A stretch of DNA of 64,000 bases from Eledone cirrhosa (lineage: Eukaryota): contig OZ024743.1 in the NCBI GenBank assembly GCA_964016885.1, positions 153,760,001-153,824,000 on the forward strand, written 5' to 3'. This document shows, piece by piece, positions 25,597 through 36,561 of this stretch. The notes under the pieces are model-generated. The model made no database searches, was not told the DNA's origin, and was given only the letters and a program-made list of their open reading frames with translations. Position 1 is the first letter of the stretch, and every line of letters starts with the position of its first letter. The translations under genes were made by a program, and so were the position numbers.

Positions 25597-25637
25597 CGCT
25601 GTACTAGTTTCAAGCTTATTAGCTATCGTCAGCAACG
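25597..25637 (-). ncRNA. Minimal type I hammerhead ribozyme (copy 2)
   Basis: Same as copy 1 except the stem I 3' arm is CAGCG, which keeps pairing through a G-U wobble. Confidence 0.88.
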
Positions 25638-25790
25638 TTTACAAACACATCGAGCATTATAATAAATGTTCGGTGAATCCATACGTACATATATATATAT
25701 ATGTGTGCATGTATGTATATATATATATACATACTACTGTACGTCTGTATACATACATGTATGTACGTGTACATATATATATATATATAT

Positions 25791-26184
25791 AATAAATTAA
25801 TAGAAATAATGTTTACCACATGTTGATGGTCCGTTGGTCACAACTTCCAGACCGGAGTGTGTAGAGAAGAGCAGAAATCTTCTCTTGGTAAGGTTCAAAT
25901 GTTTTTTTAGGCTGCCGGCACAGGAAGTGAGAGAGTTAATGCCTTGATGTTCTCAAATATATAGTCCCCAGGGGAATGCAACTCCATTTAATGTATGGTG
26001 GATCTGCCACTGGGAGTCGCGACCGTCACAAAGGGACGCAACTCCTATACGTATCTGCCACTGGGAGTCGCGACCGTCACAAAGGGACGCAACTCCTATA
26101 CGTATCTGCCACTGGGAGTCGCGACCGTCACAAAGGGGCGCAGCTCCTATACGTACTGAGTTACAGCCGTAAGGGGCCGCTACA
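25791..26184 (-). repeat. 3' LTR of Gypsy A (distal end truncated; three 51-bp internal repeats)
   Basis: Starts TGTAGCGG on the minus strand and matches 30995-31335. Confidence 0.9.
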
Positions 26185-26559
26185 GCACCCTCCTCCAGGC
26201 GATAGGCGAAAAGCCCGAAGGTAACTGTAGCGAACCCACAAGCATGGGCTCCCAGCACAGGCATGAAATATTAACGCAAAGCTACATGTATAAATCAGGC
26301 ATGAAATAGTAACGAATAGGTACATGTATAAATCGGGCATGAAATAATAACGAAAAGGTACATGTATAAATCAGGCATGAAATAGTAATACAATAAAGAG
26401 AAAAGCAAAAAACGGCTCCAGTGGCCAGTTCACATGAAAACAGTTTGGCAGAGTTTTTTGGGCCAGTGGACTCTTCGACCGGAACGGGTCGTAGTCTAGT
26501 ATGTAGGTGAAGGTGGGGCAGAAGGAGCAGGTGTATGCACAAGAGAGAAAGATTGGGAT

Positions 26560-29520
26560 ATTTGTGGCTCGGGTGTATGAGCGTTATTGTATGCCCTTTT
26601 TAGTCTATTCCCCGAAATTGTCTCTCTGGACCCCTTAATGTCTACTGTGAAATGTTTGTCAGTACGTGCGGTAGGGTCCAGAGTACGACTGTGTGAGGGG
26701 TGGAATAACGGCGTCATGTGTCCACGAGGCAATATCCCTAGGGACTGTAGCTTTAATAGTTTGTTTCCTAGTATTCATGGGCGGTAAGTCCTGAAAATAG
26801 GAGCGCAAACGAGATACGTAGGAAGGAGTGTCCTCAAAAGCAAGATCAACAGGGGCAAGCATTTGCCCAGGCAACGCTAGAGGAGCACCATACAGTAATT
26901 CGGCCGGGGAGAACCCAAGATCCTCCTTTATTGATGACCGAATTCCTAACAACACAATAGGAAGGTACTCGCTCCAACGTTGAGAGTATGGATAGGCGCG
27001 AAGTGGGACCTTTAATTGGCGGTGGAATCGTTCCACCATTCCGGTCGAAGCAGGATGAGAAGCTGTGGTCGATCCGTTGAGCACCAATGATCTTTGTGAG
27101 TTCAGAGAAGAGATGAGACTCAAATTGTCTACCACGGTCTGTGGTGACTAGTTGGTACCCCAAAGCGGGTAATCCCCCCCCCCTGATACCAAGGCACGCG
27201 CTGCAGTCTCAGCAGTAATATCTTTTAAGGGGATGGCTTCAGGCCATCGCGAAAAACGACCGATACAGGTCAAGAGGTACGAATATCCACTACTGAATGG
27301 CCAAGGTCCAACGATATCAATGTGGATGTGTTGAAACCGAGCATCTGGAGTACTGAAAGTACCAAATGGAGTCCGGATGAGTCTGTGGACTTTAGATCTC
27401 TGACACTGTGTGCAGGAACGGCACCAAACAGTAATTTCTCGCCTCCTATTGGGCCAGAAAAATCTAACCGTTATAAGCTTTAGTGTGGCAGAAATTCCTG
27501 GGTGTGAAATGCTGTGCAAAGCATGGAACACAAGTCGATGGGGAGTCTCAGGAACATATGGTCGTGGTGAATGCGTAGATACATCACATAGAATCTGCCT
27601 GTCGGTGGTCGACAAGGGCAGATATTTGAAGATGCAAGTCGCAAACTCGGCAGAAAGAGTATCCAACGATTGGAGTGCAGGTTGGTCTGCAGCTAAACGA
27701 CTTAAGTCAATCTCCTGGGATGACGAGATGGAGCTGATTGGCAAACGTGACAATGCGTCTGCAGCTATGTTAAGCGAGCCAGCAATGTGCTGGATATCAT
27801 TTGTAAATTGCGAAACGTAATCCAAGTGCCTTATCTGTCTGGGCGAATATCTGTCGGCTTTAGCCCTCAAAGCGAAGGTCAGAGGTTTGTGGTCAGTTAA
27901 AATGTAAAAGTTCTCTCCTCAAGAATATGAGAGAAATGTTTCACCGACAGATATATGGCTAATAATTCCCGCCCAATCGGGCTGTAACGCGTTTCTGCTG
28001 GTTTCAGCTTCCTTGAGAAAAATGCCAAAGGTTGTTGGTTTTCAGCGTTGTACTGCTGTAAAACTGCTCCCACAGCGGTATCACATGAATCAACACAAAG
28101 GGAAAGCTTGGCCTCTGGTACCCGGTGGGCTATAAAAGATGAACTAGCGAGTGCTGTCTTGGCAGTCTGGAAGTCTTTAAGCTGTCCTTGTGTCAAGGAA
28201 ATATCCTCGTTCTTCTTACGACGATTTTTCAAAATGTCAGTAAGGGAAGATAGCAAATTAGGACAATGAGGAACGAAACGCCTATAGAAATTGATTAGGC
28301 CTAAGAAGTGACGCAACTGGTTAAGTGTAGTAGGCGGAGGTGAATCCTGTATGGCTTGAACTCGCTGAGGGAGCAGCCTAATACCTTCGGCGTCAATGAG
28401 GTGGTCTAACAAATTTAGCGAAGTGGAACCGAAAACACACTTTGCGGGATTCACACGAACGTGGTAGTCCTGAAGTTGCCGAAATAAGAGATGCATGTGG
28501 CGCATATGCTCTACCGGAGAGGAACTAGCGACGAGAAAATCGTCTATATATGCATAAACGAAGTCCAGACAACGAGTGACTTCGTCTATAAACAGCTGAA
28601 AAGTGCTAGCGGCGTTCCTGAGTCCGAAGGCATGGTAAAAAATTCGAAGGATCCGAAAGGAGTTGTAATCGCCGTTTTCAAAATATTCTCCTTCTTGACC
28701 GGGATTTGGTGGTAAGCTCGCACTAAATCTAGTTTTGAGAAAATCTTGCACCCCTGCAATGAAGATGCGAAATCCTGGAGATGGGGGATGGGATACCTAT
28801 CCGGGACGGTCATAGCATTTAACCTCCTATAATCCCCAGTGGATCTCCAGTCGCCAGAAGTCTTGGGCAACATGTGTAACGGTGAAGCCCAAGGACTCGT
28901 AGATGGGCGAATAATGCCCAGCTGCAGCATATGGTCTAACTCGGACCGTACTGCCACTAATTTGTCCGCCGGTAGGCGGCGTGGACGCGAAAACACTGGA
29001 GCACCGGAGGTGGAAATTAAATGTTCAGTTGAGTGTGTTGACTCTGTGACTCGAAAATTTCCATCGGTGAGCTCCGGGAAAGAACCTAACAACGAATGGT
29101 AGGTGTCTCCAGCGGCAGCGATGAAGAATATGGGGCTGACTGTTGGAGCATTGGCTTTCCGGCCACGAATTGAAAAACCGGTGATGTCATCCACCAGGCG
29201 TTGGCCACGGACGTCCACAGACAAAGAGAAGTTGTGGAGGAAATCCGCTCCTAAGATAGTGTATGGCAAATCGGCAACCGTAAAAATCCACTTAAAATCC
29301 TCACAAAGATTTAGGAATTTGAGGGGAAGCGAGATTTGTCCCTACGTCTTTACAGACGAGTGATTAACGGCCTGCAGAGTAACGGATGACTCTACGGGGG
29401 TATCTTTCAGGCAATGGACCTGCCAAATACTGCAGGAGGCTCCTGTATCCACGAGGAAACCTCTTCCCGACATAAGGTCCTTAATGAAGAAATGGCGGTT
29501 TGGAAGCTTTATGTTGAGGT
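26560..29520 (-). pseudogene. pol: pol of Gypsy A (protease, RT, RNase H, integrase), frameshifted
   Basis: FLVDTGAS; [17 protein letters not shown]; [14 protein letters not shown]; YAYIDD; DSCDTAVGAVLQQ; HSISHPG..CTQCQ; HIDIVGP; TDRGRQFES; GMVERFHRQLK. Confidence 0.92.
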
Positions 29521-29532
29521 CAACTGCCCCCA

Positions 29533-30330
29533 TTAGCGGACCTCCTTGGTGTTTCCCGCCTTGTAAAATGAGCAAGGCTGCACGCAGTGGTTCGCTCTCT
29601 CGGCAAATCGCTCATGGTACCAGCATAAAGATGAAGCTGGTGACCTGGAGCGGCGTCTAAAAGATTGAGATCTCCCGCGGCTGCGCGGGCTCGAACGAGC
29701 ACCACACCAGACCTTCACCTTCCGGAGCTCCAGGGTGAGTTCCTGAATGGCCTTCTGCATCGCCATATTATGCTGAGCTCTCTGTAGGTGTGGCCTGAGC
29801 TGGTTGGGAAACAGCGGCAAGGGCTTCGCTGCCTCCAGCACCCGTGACTTCGAAAACTTTGTTCGCGGAGGCAGCAAGCTGATCCACTGTGCAAGTATCC
29901 CTAATGGGGGCCAAACTTGCCTCTACATTGGTCGGTAGGCGCGAGAAGAACAACTGCTTCAACATGGCAGTTTCCGCTACCGAACCCTCCGTTAATCCTT
30001 CATTCGCCTTAGGAAGTTCGATGGGGTGCCATCACCGATATGCTCCAGGTGCACCAGAGCCTTAAATCTTTTTTCTGCGGACTGTGCAGTCCGGCAGAGT
30101 ATTTCAGCCTTCAGAGACTTGTACGTAGCGTCGGTGGGTGTCTCTAACACCAGGTCCTTAATCGCTGGGATAAGTGCCGGCGGAATTGCACTAAGGACCA
30201 GAAGTCGTTGTTGTGCCTCGTCAATTCTGTTCGCCTCGAAAAATGCTTCGACTTGGGCGAACGATAACCTTACGTCGCCCGTGTACGTAGGTAGAACAGA
30301 ATGAGATGCTATTGGTATACCGTAGGTAAT
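29533..30330 (-). pseudogene. gag: gag of Gypsy A
   Basis: FAQVEAFF..YKSLKAEIL..IGDGTPSNFLRRMK..LKQLFFSRLP..RSRSP..LCWYHERFAERANHCVQPCSF. Confidence 0.85.
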
Positions 30331-30911
30331 CTGCCAAAAATCATCTCTTTTGGAAAAATGTCTCCAACACAAGGGAAAAGGAAAATAACATCGTTTGTTT
30401 TTTTCTGTCAAACAACTGGACAGGAAAAAGAATGCATCCGAGACAACATGTAAAGGAGCGATTAACCGAGCGATGTTATTAACAAGGTATAGGCAGGGAA
30501 TTTAAATATAAAACTAATATGGCGGACGATTTCGCGCAAAAACACTATTGATGGAGAAGAAAGCCGCCATCTTGTCATCATCAAAAATTTGAGCCAGAGA
30601 AAAGAAGAGAAGAAAAGAAGAAAAAACATTCATACAATTGTTGTTTTGCTATGAAGCTAGCAGCAATATAATATTTATTTATTTTTCTTTTTATGTTTGT
30701 GTGTAAATAAATGGAATGTTCGCTTTGCACATATGAGGAGTTTGATTGTTAAACGTTACAGATAAAGATGCTGAAATCAGTAACATACAGCCAGATCGGA
30801 ATGAAGCGTGTTGTTCTGTATTAAATGTTTTTTTCTTTCTCTTTTTTTTATATACACATGGTACTGTTTCCCATTTTTTTCTCTTTTTTCTTCGATGTCA
30901 CCAATTTAGAA

Positions 30912-31335
30912 TGTTGGTATCAGTGTATATATATTATTAAGAATGACAATAGAGGCAGATGAGTGTTGTGACATGGTTTTACTTCACAGAAGTCAAATAA
31001 ATTAATAGAAATAATTTTTACCACATGTTGATGGTCAGTTGGTCACAACTCCCAGACCGGAGTGTGTAGAGAAGAGCAGAAATCTTCTCTTGGTAAGGTT
31101 CAAGTGTTTCTTTAGGCTGCCGCCGCAGGAAGTGAGAGAGTTAATGCCTTGATGTTCTCAAATATATAGACCCCAGGGGGACGCAACTCTATTTAGTACA
31201 TGGATCTGCCACTGGGAGTCGCGACCGTCACAAAGGGACGCAACTCCTATACGTATCTGCCACTGGGAGTTGCGACCGTCACAAAGGGAAGCAACTCCTA
31301 TACGTGCCGAGTTACAGCCGTAAGGGGCCGCTACA
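30912..31335 (-). repeat. 5' LTR of Gypsy A (two 51-bp internal repeats)
   Basis: TGTAGCGG...CA on the minus strand, followed by a PBS-like sequence; the inner boundary is approximate. Confidence 0.85.
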
Positions 31336-31357
31336 TATATATATATATATATATACA

Positions 31358-31794
31358 TGTAGCGACGTGGTTAGTCGGTCTGGTCACTACTTCTGATCGA
31401 ATCTGTGAATAGTCCTTAAAAGGACTGTTGTCATATACGGTAAGGATGAACAGACGAAGGAAGAAGTTGAAAGGACGAGCAAGGCGAGAGATGTAGTTTC
31501 GGTCACCTATTTATTTTCATAAATGAAGCGACGATACAGAGGTACAAGGCGTGTGTGAGTGACAAGTGTAGCGGAGGAGAGGAATAACGATACACGAGCT
31601 GACTCTGCCAAAAGTCGACTGGTGAAAGTGTTTGGAACCATTCTTTTTATACAAAAACAATCGTTTGATGTTTAGCCGCTGCGTAGGCGTTTCATTTTGG
31701 TGGCTTAAGTGTTGTTTGTTTCACGGTGAGGTAGCTAGATAAGCAGATAGATAGAGTTGTTTATTTCACAGATGTTATTTCCGGTGGCTGTACA
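31358..31794 (-). repeat. 3' LTR of Gypsy B
   Basis: Matches 36094-36526; AATAAA on the minus strand at ~31510. Confidence 0.92.
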
Positions 31795-32696
31795 TTAGCC
31801 CCTTGCCAGATCTTTTGTACAACAAAAGAGCGAAAGATCGTATAGTAATGAGCCAGTGGTGCATTTGTCATGAAAATAGCCCAAGGAGTGTCAAGCATGT
31901 TGTGAAATTTGGTGATCATCGAGTATTAGACAGAGTCGATGTAGAGATGATATGGCCAGATGTGTGTGTCAGGAAGAAATATAAAAAAAATATAAAATGA
32001 CTTTGACCAGATTTATGCAGGCGAGATGCATGAACCTGTTGCATTTGGGTTGAGCTGCCACTGAATTGCGTGACAAAAAGTCTAACAGGGCAGTGAAAAT
32101 AACCGTAATGGGGGAAATGAATGGCCGTAAGCACGTTGCTTAAAAGTAACAGTTTTTTCCGAAGCATATGACTTGATAGAATGCATGTGGTAAAAAATAG
32201 CGAAGCATTCTCGAGCTATTGAGTGAATGTGTACGTAAAAAAGAAAGCCAGTGTTTTAAGGATGCGATTTGTGAAAATGCGTGATCAAAGAGAAAACATT
32301 TTGTAGTGTAAGAGTTAGAGGGACAAAATATCTATTGCTCAGTGTATGAACCAAAGGTGTGCATGAAAAATATAATATCTACACGCCTTGTATGTATATA
32401 CAAATTATGGCAATTACACAATTAATATTGCAGAACATGGAAAATAAAAAAGTTTTGCAAAGAAAGAGAGAGAAGAAAAATAAAATGCTATACACAATGA
32501 TATACACAATGTTTGTTCTTAAATAGTGTTTGTAATAGATAATGTTCATAATATTGTTCTTCGTGACATGAGCACATGCTCACTAAAAATTGCAATTGTT
32601 CAAGCAGAAAGTTAATTGTATTTGAAACTGGAAATAGTAAACACAAGGAAAATGAAAAGGTTTTGCAAGAAGAATGATTAAGAAACTCACTTGAGG

Positions 32697-35600
32697 TTAA
32701 CGGTAATTCACATATTGTGCCAACTTGGCGGGCCAATGGACAGGTCGTCCACTTCTCGTGAATGTAGAAGAGGCAGTTGGCTTGCTGGGACAGCAATCTG
32801 TTGGAGCTTCTGGTGTAGAGACTGTAACAGTATCCATGATGGCTTTTTTTAATCTATCCACGCTGACATAATTCTGTTTACCATCTTGGTCGAGAATAAA
32901 ATATTTCGGATATTTTTTTAGAACACGGTAAGGCCCGGAATATGGAGATCGAAGATGAGCTGAGATGGTGTCGTTTCGAACGAAAACGTGTGTCCAATCT
33001 TTAATGTCTGAAGGTACATGTGTTCCAGTGATCTGTTGACTGGTGCTTGCAGGATCAAGGTGAGACATATTGTCTCGGTGTACATATGATCCTGGGTCTG
33101 GAACGTCCTGAGGAGAGATGGGAGCGACCATCTGACCAGGTAGAATCAGGGTGGTGCCGTACACTAATTCTGCAGGTGTGTGTCCGAATTACTCCTTAGC
33201 GGTGGATCGAATGCCCAGAAGGATAAGTGGCAGGTATTCAAACCAGTGGGTCTTGTCTGGATATGCTTTTATTGCAGCTTTCAATTGGCGATGGAATCTT
33301 TCCACGAGACCATTAGCTTGCCAGGCGAGTCAGTTCCCTGAAGTGGTGGGAGTCAAATTGGCGTCCTCTGTCCGTTGTTATCTTCGCTGGGGCGCCACAA
33401 CGTGATACCCAGTATAAAACCAAAGTTTTAGCGACTGTTTTCGCTGATGTATCACTTATGGGAAAAGCCTCAGGCCAACGGGAATATCGATCTATGCAGG
33501 TGAGCAAGTGTGTCCAGTTCTGTGATGGGGCTAGAGGTCCGACGATGTCGATATGCACATGATGAAAACGTGCATCAGGTTGCGCGAATGTGCCGAGTAA
33601 AATGTTGATGTGTATGTGGCCTTCGGCTTTCTGGCAGGCAATGTAGCTCATGGACCAGTCGCGCACGTCCTTGTTAATGTTAGGCCACACAAAACGAGCA
33701 GAGATGAGTTTCTGCATAGCCCGGATTCCCGGGTGAGACAAACAGTGTAAAGCAGAAAAAACTTGTCGACGATGCATCTGTGGTACGTTCATGACCGGTA
33801 GAAAAGTCGCACCAAATTTGTCTCGGAGAAGAAGGAATGGGAACTTTCTGAAACTTGAGGGATGGCGAATCTCGGAGCTTGATAAACTCAGCTGCGATCT
33901 GTTGAAGGTCGATGCCTGAACGTACATGTATTGCGTTCAGCTGAATTTGTAACAGGGCGTCGGCTGCTACGTTGTCTGATCCTTTGGTATGCCGAATATC
34001 AGTTGAATATTGGGAGACAAAATCCAGGTGGCGGAGTTGTCTTGGTGAATGTCGATCAGGTTTGGTATGGAACGCATAAACTAGTGGTTTATGGTTCGTG
34101 TAGATCACGAAATCCGATCCTTCGAGCATGTGACGAAAATGTTTAATTGAAAGGTAGGTTGCCAAGAGTTCGCGGCCAAACGTACTGTATTTGGTTTCTG
34201 CAGGTTGCAAGCGCTTAGAAAAGAAGGATAAGGGTTGCCAAACGCCATCGACATATTGTTGTAAAACGCCTCCAACCCCCGTGTCTGAAGCGTCCACTAG
34301 CAGCGAAAGAGGAGCGCCAAATCTGGGGAAAATGAGCATGGAAGCATTTGCCAACATTTCCTTCAGGCGGTTGAAAGATGTTAGTTCTTCCTCGTTCAGA
34401 GTGATGTCTTCGTTTTTTCGAGTTCGGTTGCGAAGAAGGTCCGTGAGGAGGCTGGCTGCGTCGGCACAATGAGTGATGAAACGTCTATAGAAATTCATTA
34501 AACCGTGGAATTCACGCAGCTTCCGAAGTGATGTAGGCGCGGTAAAATTGCGGATAGCTTCTACTTTCTCAGGAAGTGGACGAATGCCGTCTTTCTCAAT
34601 GATGTGCCCGAGAAAGGACAGTGAAGCAACGCCGAGAAGTTGCTGGGGTTGATGATAACACCGTGCACGGCCAAACGTTGTAAAAGAAGATGTAAGTGCT
34701 TCTCGTGTTCTTGCTCGGGAGTACTTGCTACTAGCACGTCGTCGATATACGCGTATACAAAGGGTAGATCACGTAACACGGTGTCAATAAACCGCTGAAA
34801 AGTTTGTGCAGCGTTGCGCAGACCGAACGGCATTCGCAGGAATTCAAATAAACCGAACGGTGTCGTTATTGCGGTCTTCGGAACATCAGCAGGCTCCATA
34901 GGTATCTGGTTATATGCTCGTACCAAATCTATCTTAGAAAATATGCGTGCGCCTTGCAGAGAGGCAGAAAAGTCGTGCAAGTGATGTGCAGTGTAATTAT
35001 CGGGTACTGTGGAATTGTTGAGTGCACGATAATCCACACATGGTCTACAATCATTCTCTGTTTTCTTAGGAACAAGGTGTAGGGGGTGCAGACCAGTTGC
35101 TGGAGGAAGGGCGAATGATTACAAGGTCCAGCATGTGTTGAAACTCCTGTTTGGCGATTCTCAATCGGTCTGGAGGCAGTCACATTAGTCGGGCAGCTGT
35201 GGGTGGCCCTCTCGTCTCGATATGATGTGTGACACTATGTTTAATAGGTCCATCCTGAAATACCGGGCGATTGATGTCTGGGTATTTCTGGAGGATGCAG
35301 TTGTAACGCGAAAGCTCTGACTGGCAAATTACAGGGCTCACTGTGGATTGCGTGGTAAATATACCTATCACAGTGAGGTTTGTGGTGGTGTCAATAAGCC
35401 TCCGGTTCTTCATGTTCACCAGAAGATTGAAGTGGTGGAGAAAATCGGCTCCTAAGATAGGGTCCGCAGGTCTGCCACGACGAACACCCATTGAAAACGA
35501 CACCTCAGGCCTAACTTGAGGATCAATGATTTCTCACCGAAAGTTGGAATTGACGATCGGTTCACTGTCTGCAGAAAGGATGGTGACGGATGTATTTTCC

Positions 35601-35740
35601 CGTAGACTAGTGAAACAGGAATAACACTAACCTGGGCTCCTGTATCCACGATGTAACGGATGCCTGTCGCTTGGTCGTTGATAAAAAACAGACGACTTTT
35701 CTTCTCAGTACCAGGGGTGAACGTCGTCGCTAGGCCCTGG
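32697..35740 (-). pseudogene. pol: pol of Gypsy B, frameshifted
   Basis: YIVDTGAQVS; DYRALN; [14 protein letters not shown]; [14 protein letters not shown]; YAYIDD; DASDTGVGGVLQQ; HIDIVGP; TDRGRQF; PYSGPYRV..VSVDRLK. Confidence 0.92.
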
Positions 35741-36093
35741 TCTGCCCGTTTCCTTGGCTGGTAATCCGGAAAGAGTACGGGGCCTTGCACTTAGATGCCT
35801 GTGCGTCGAATTCTGCGTGATACCAGCAAAAGTTGCCAGACACACGATTTTGACTGGAACTTCTGGATCTTCGAGGTGAAAGGGCCTGGATCGACTGTTG
35901 CTGCGCCGCCGATGTGTTCGAAAAGTCAATTTTCTACTTGATTTGAGAGGGCTTTAATTTGACCAGCCCGCTCTCTGATCATATCCCGCAGCTGTGAAAT
36001 CTCGGCCTCTGTCTTTGGTTGTGACATGTTCATGTTGGTTTCTTGTTAGGCTACTGTCTGGTTGCGTGTTCGAATCACGTTGGTGTCACCAAT

Positions 36094-36519
36094 TGTAGCG
36101 ACGTGGTTAGTTGGTGTGGTCACTACTTCTGATTGAATCTGAGAATATCCCTTAAAAGGACTGTTGTCACATACAGTAAGGATGAACAGACGAAGGAAGA
36201 AGTTGAAAGGACGAGCAAGGCGAGAGATCTAGTTTCGGTCAGCTATTTATTTTCATACTTGAACCGACGATACAGAGCTACAAGGCGTGTGTGAATGGCA
36301 GGTGTGGCAGAGGAGAGGAACAACGATACGCGAGCTGACTCTGCCAAACGTCGACTGGTGAAAGTTTTTGGAACCACTCTATTTATACAAAAATAATCGT
36401 GTGATGTTTAGCCGCTGCGTAGGCGTTTCATTTTGGTGGCTTAAGGGTTGTTTATTTCACGGTGAGGTAGCTATCTCAGCAGATAGAGTTATTTATTTCA
36501 TAGATGTTATTTCCGGTGG

Positions 36520-36526
<7 letters not shown>
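36094..36526 (-). repeat. 5' LTR of Gypsy B
   Basis: Matches 31358-31794 and abuts the PBS. Confidence 0.92.

Positions 36527-36554
<28 letters not shown>

Positions 36555-36561
<7 letters not shown>

Larger units (their letters stand above)
24905..25775 (-). mobile_element. Non-coding PLE-derived/retrozyme-like element: 423-bp tandem repeat plus inverted tail
   Basis: 24925-25214 is repeated at 25350-25637; 25637-25775 is the reverse complement of ~24970-25104; each unit has a hammerhead; flanked by (TA)n. Confidence 0.85.
25791..31335 (-). mobile_element. Gypsy/Ty3 LTR retrotransposon A (CsRn1-like), decayed
   Basis: Paired LTRs, PBS-like TGGTGACATCG (~30903), purine tract GGAGGAGGG before the 3' LTR, order gag-PR-RT-RH-IN, CHCC gag motif CWYH..F...A..C..PC. 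Confidence 0.93.
31358..36526 (-). mobile_element. Gypsy/Ty3 LTR retrotransposon B (CsRn1-like), decayed, gag partly deleted
   Basis: LTRs 31358-31794 and 36094-36526 (TGTA...TACA; the last bases of the 5' LTR are degraded to TATA); PBS TGGTGACACCAACGTGA (tRNA-Trp-like) at 36075-36091; pol motifs; CWYH CHCC motif. Confidence 0.93.
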
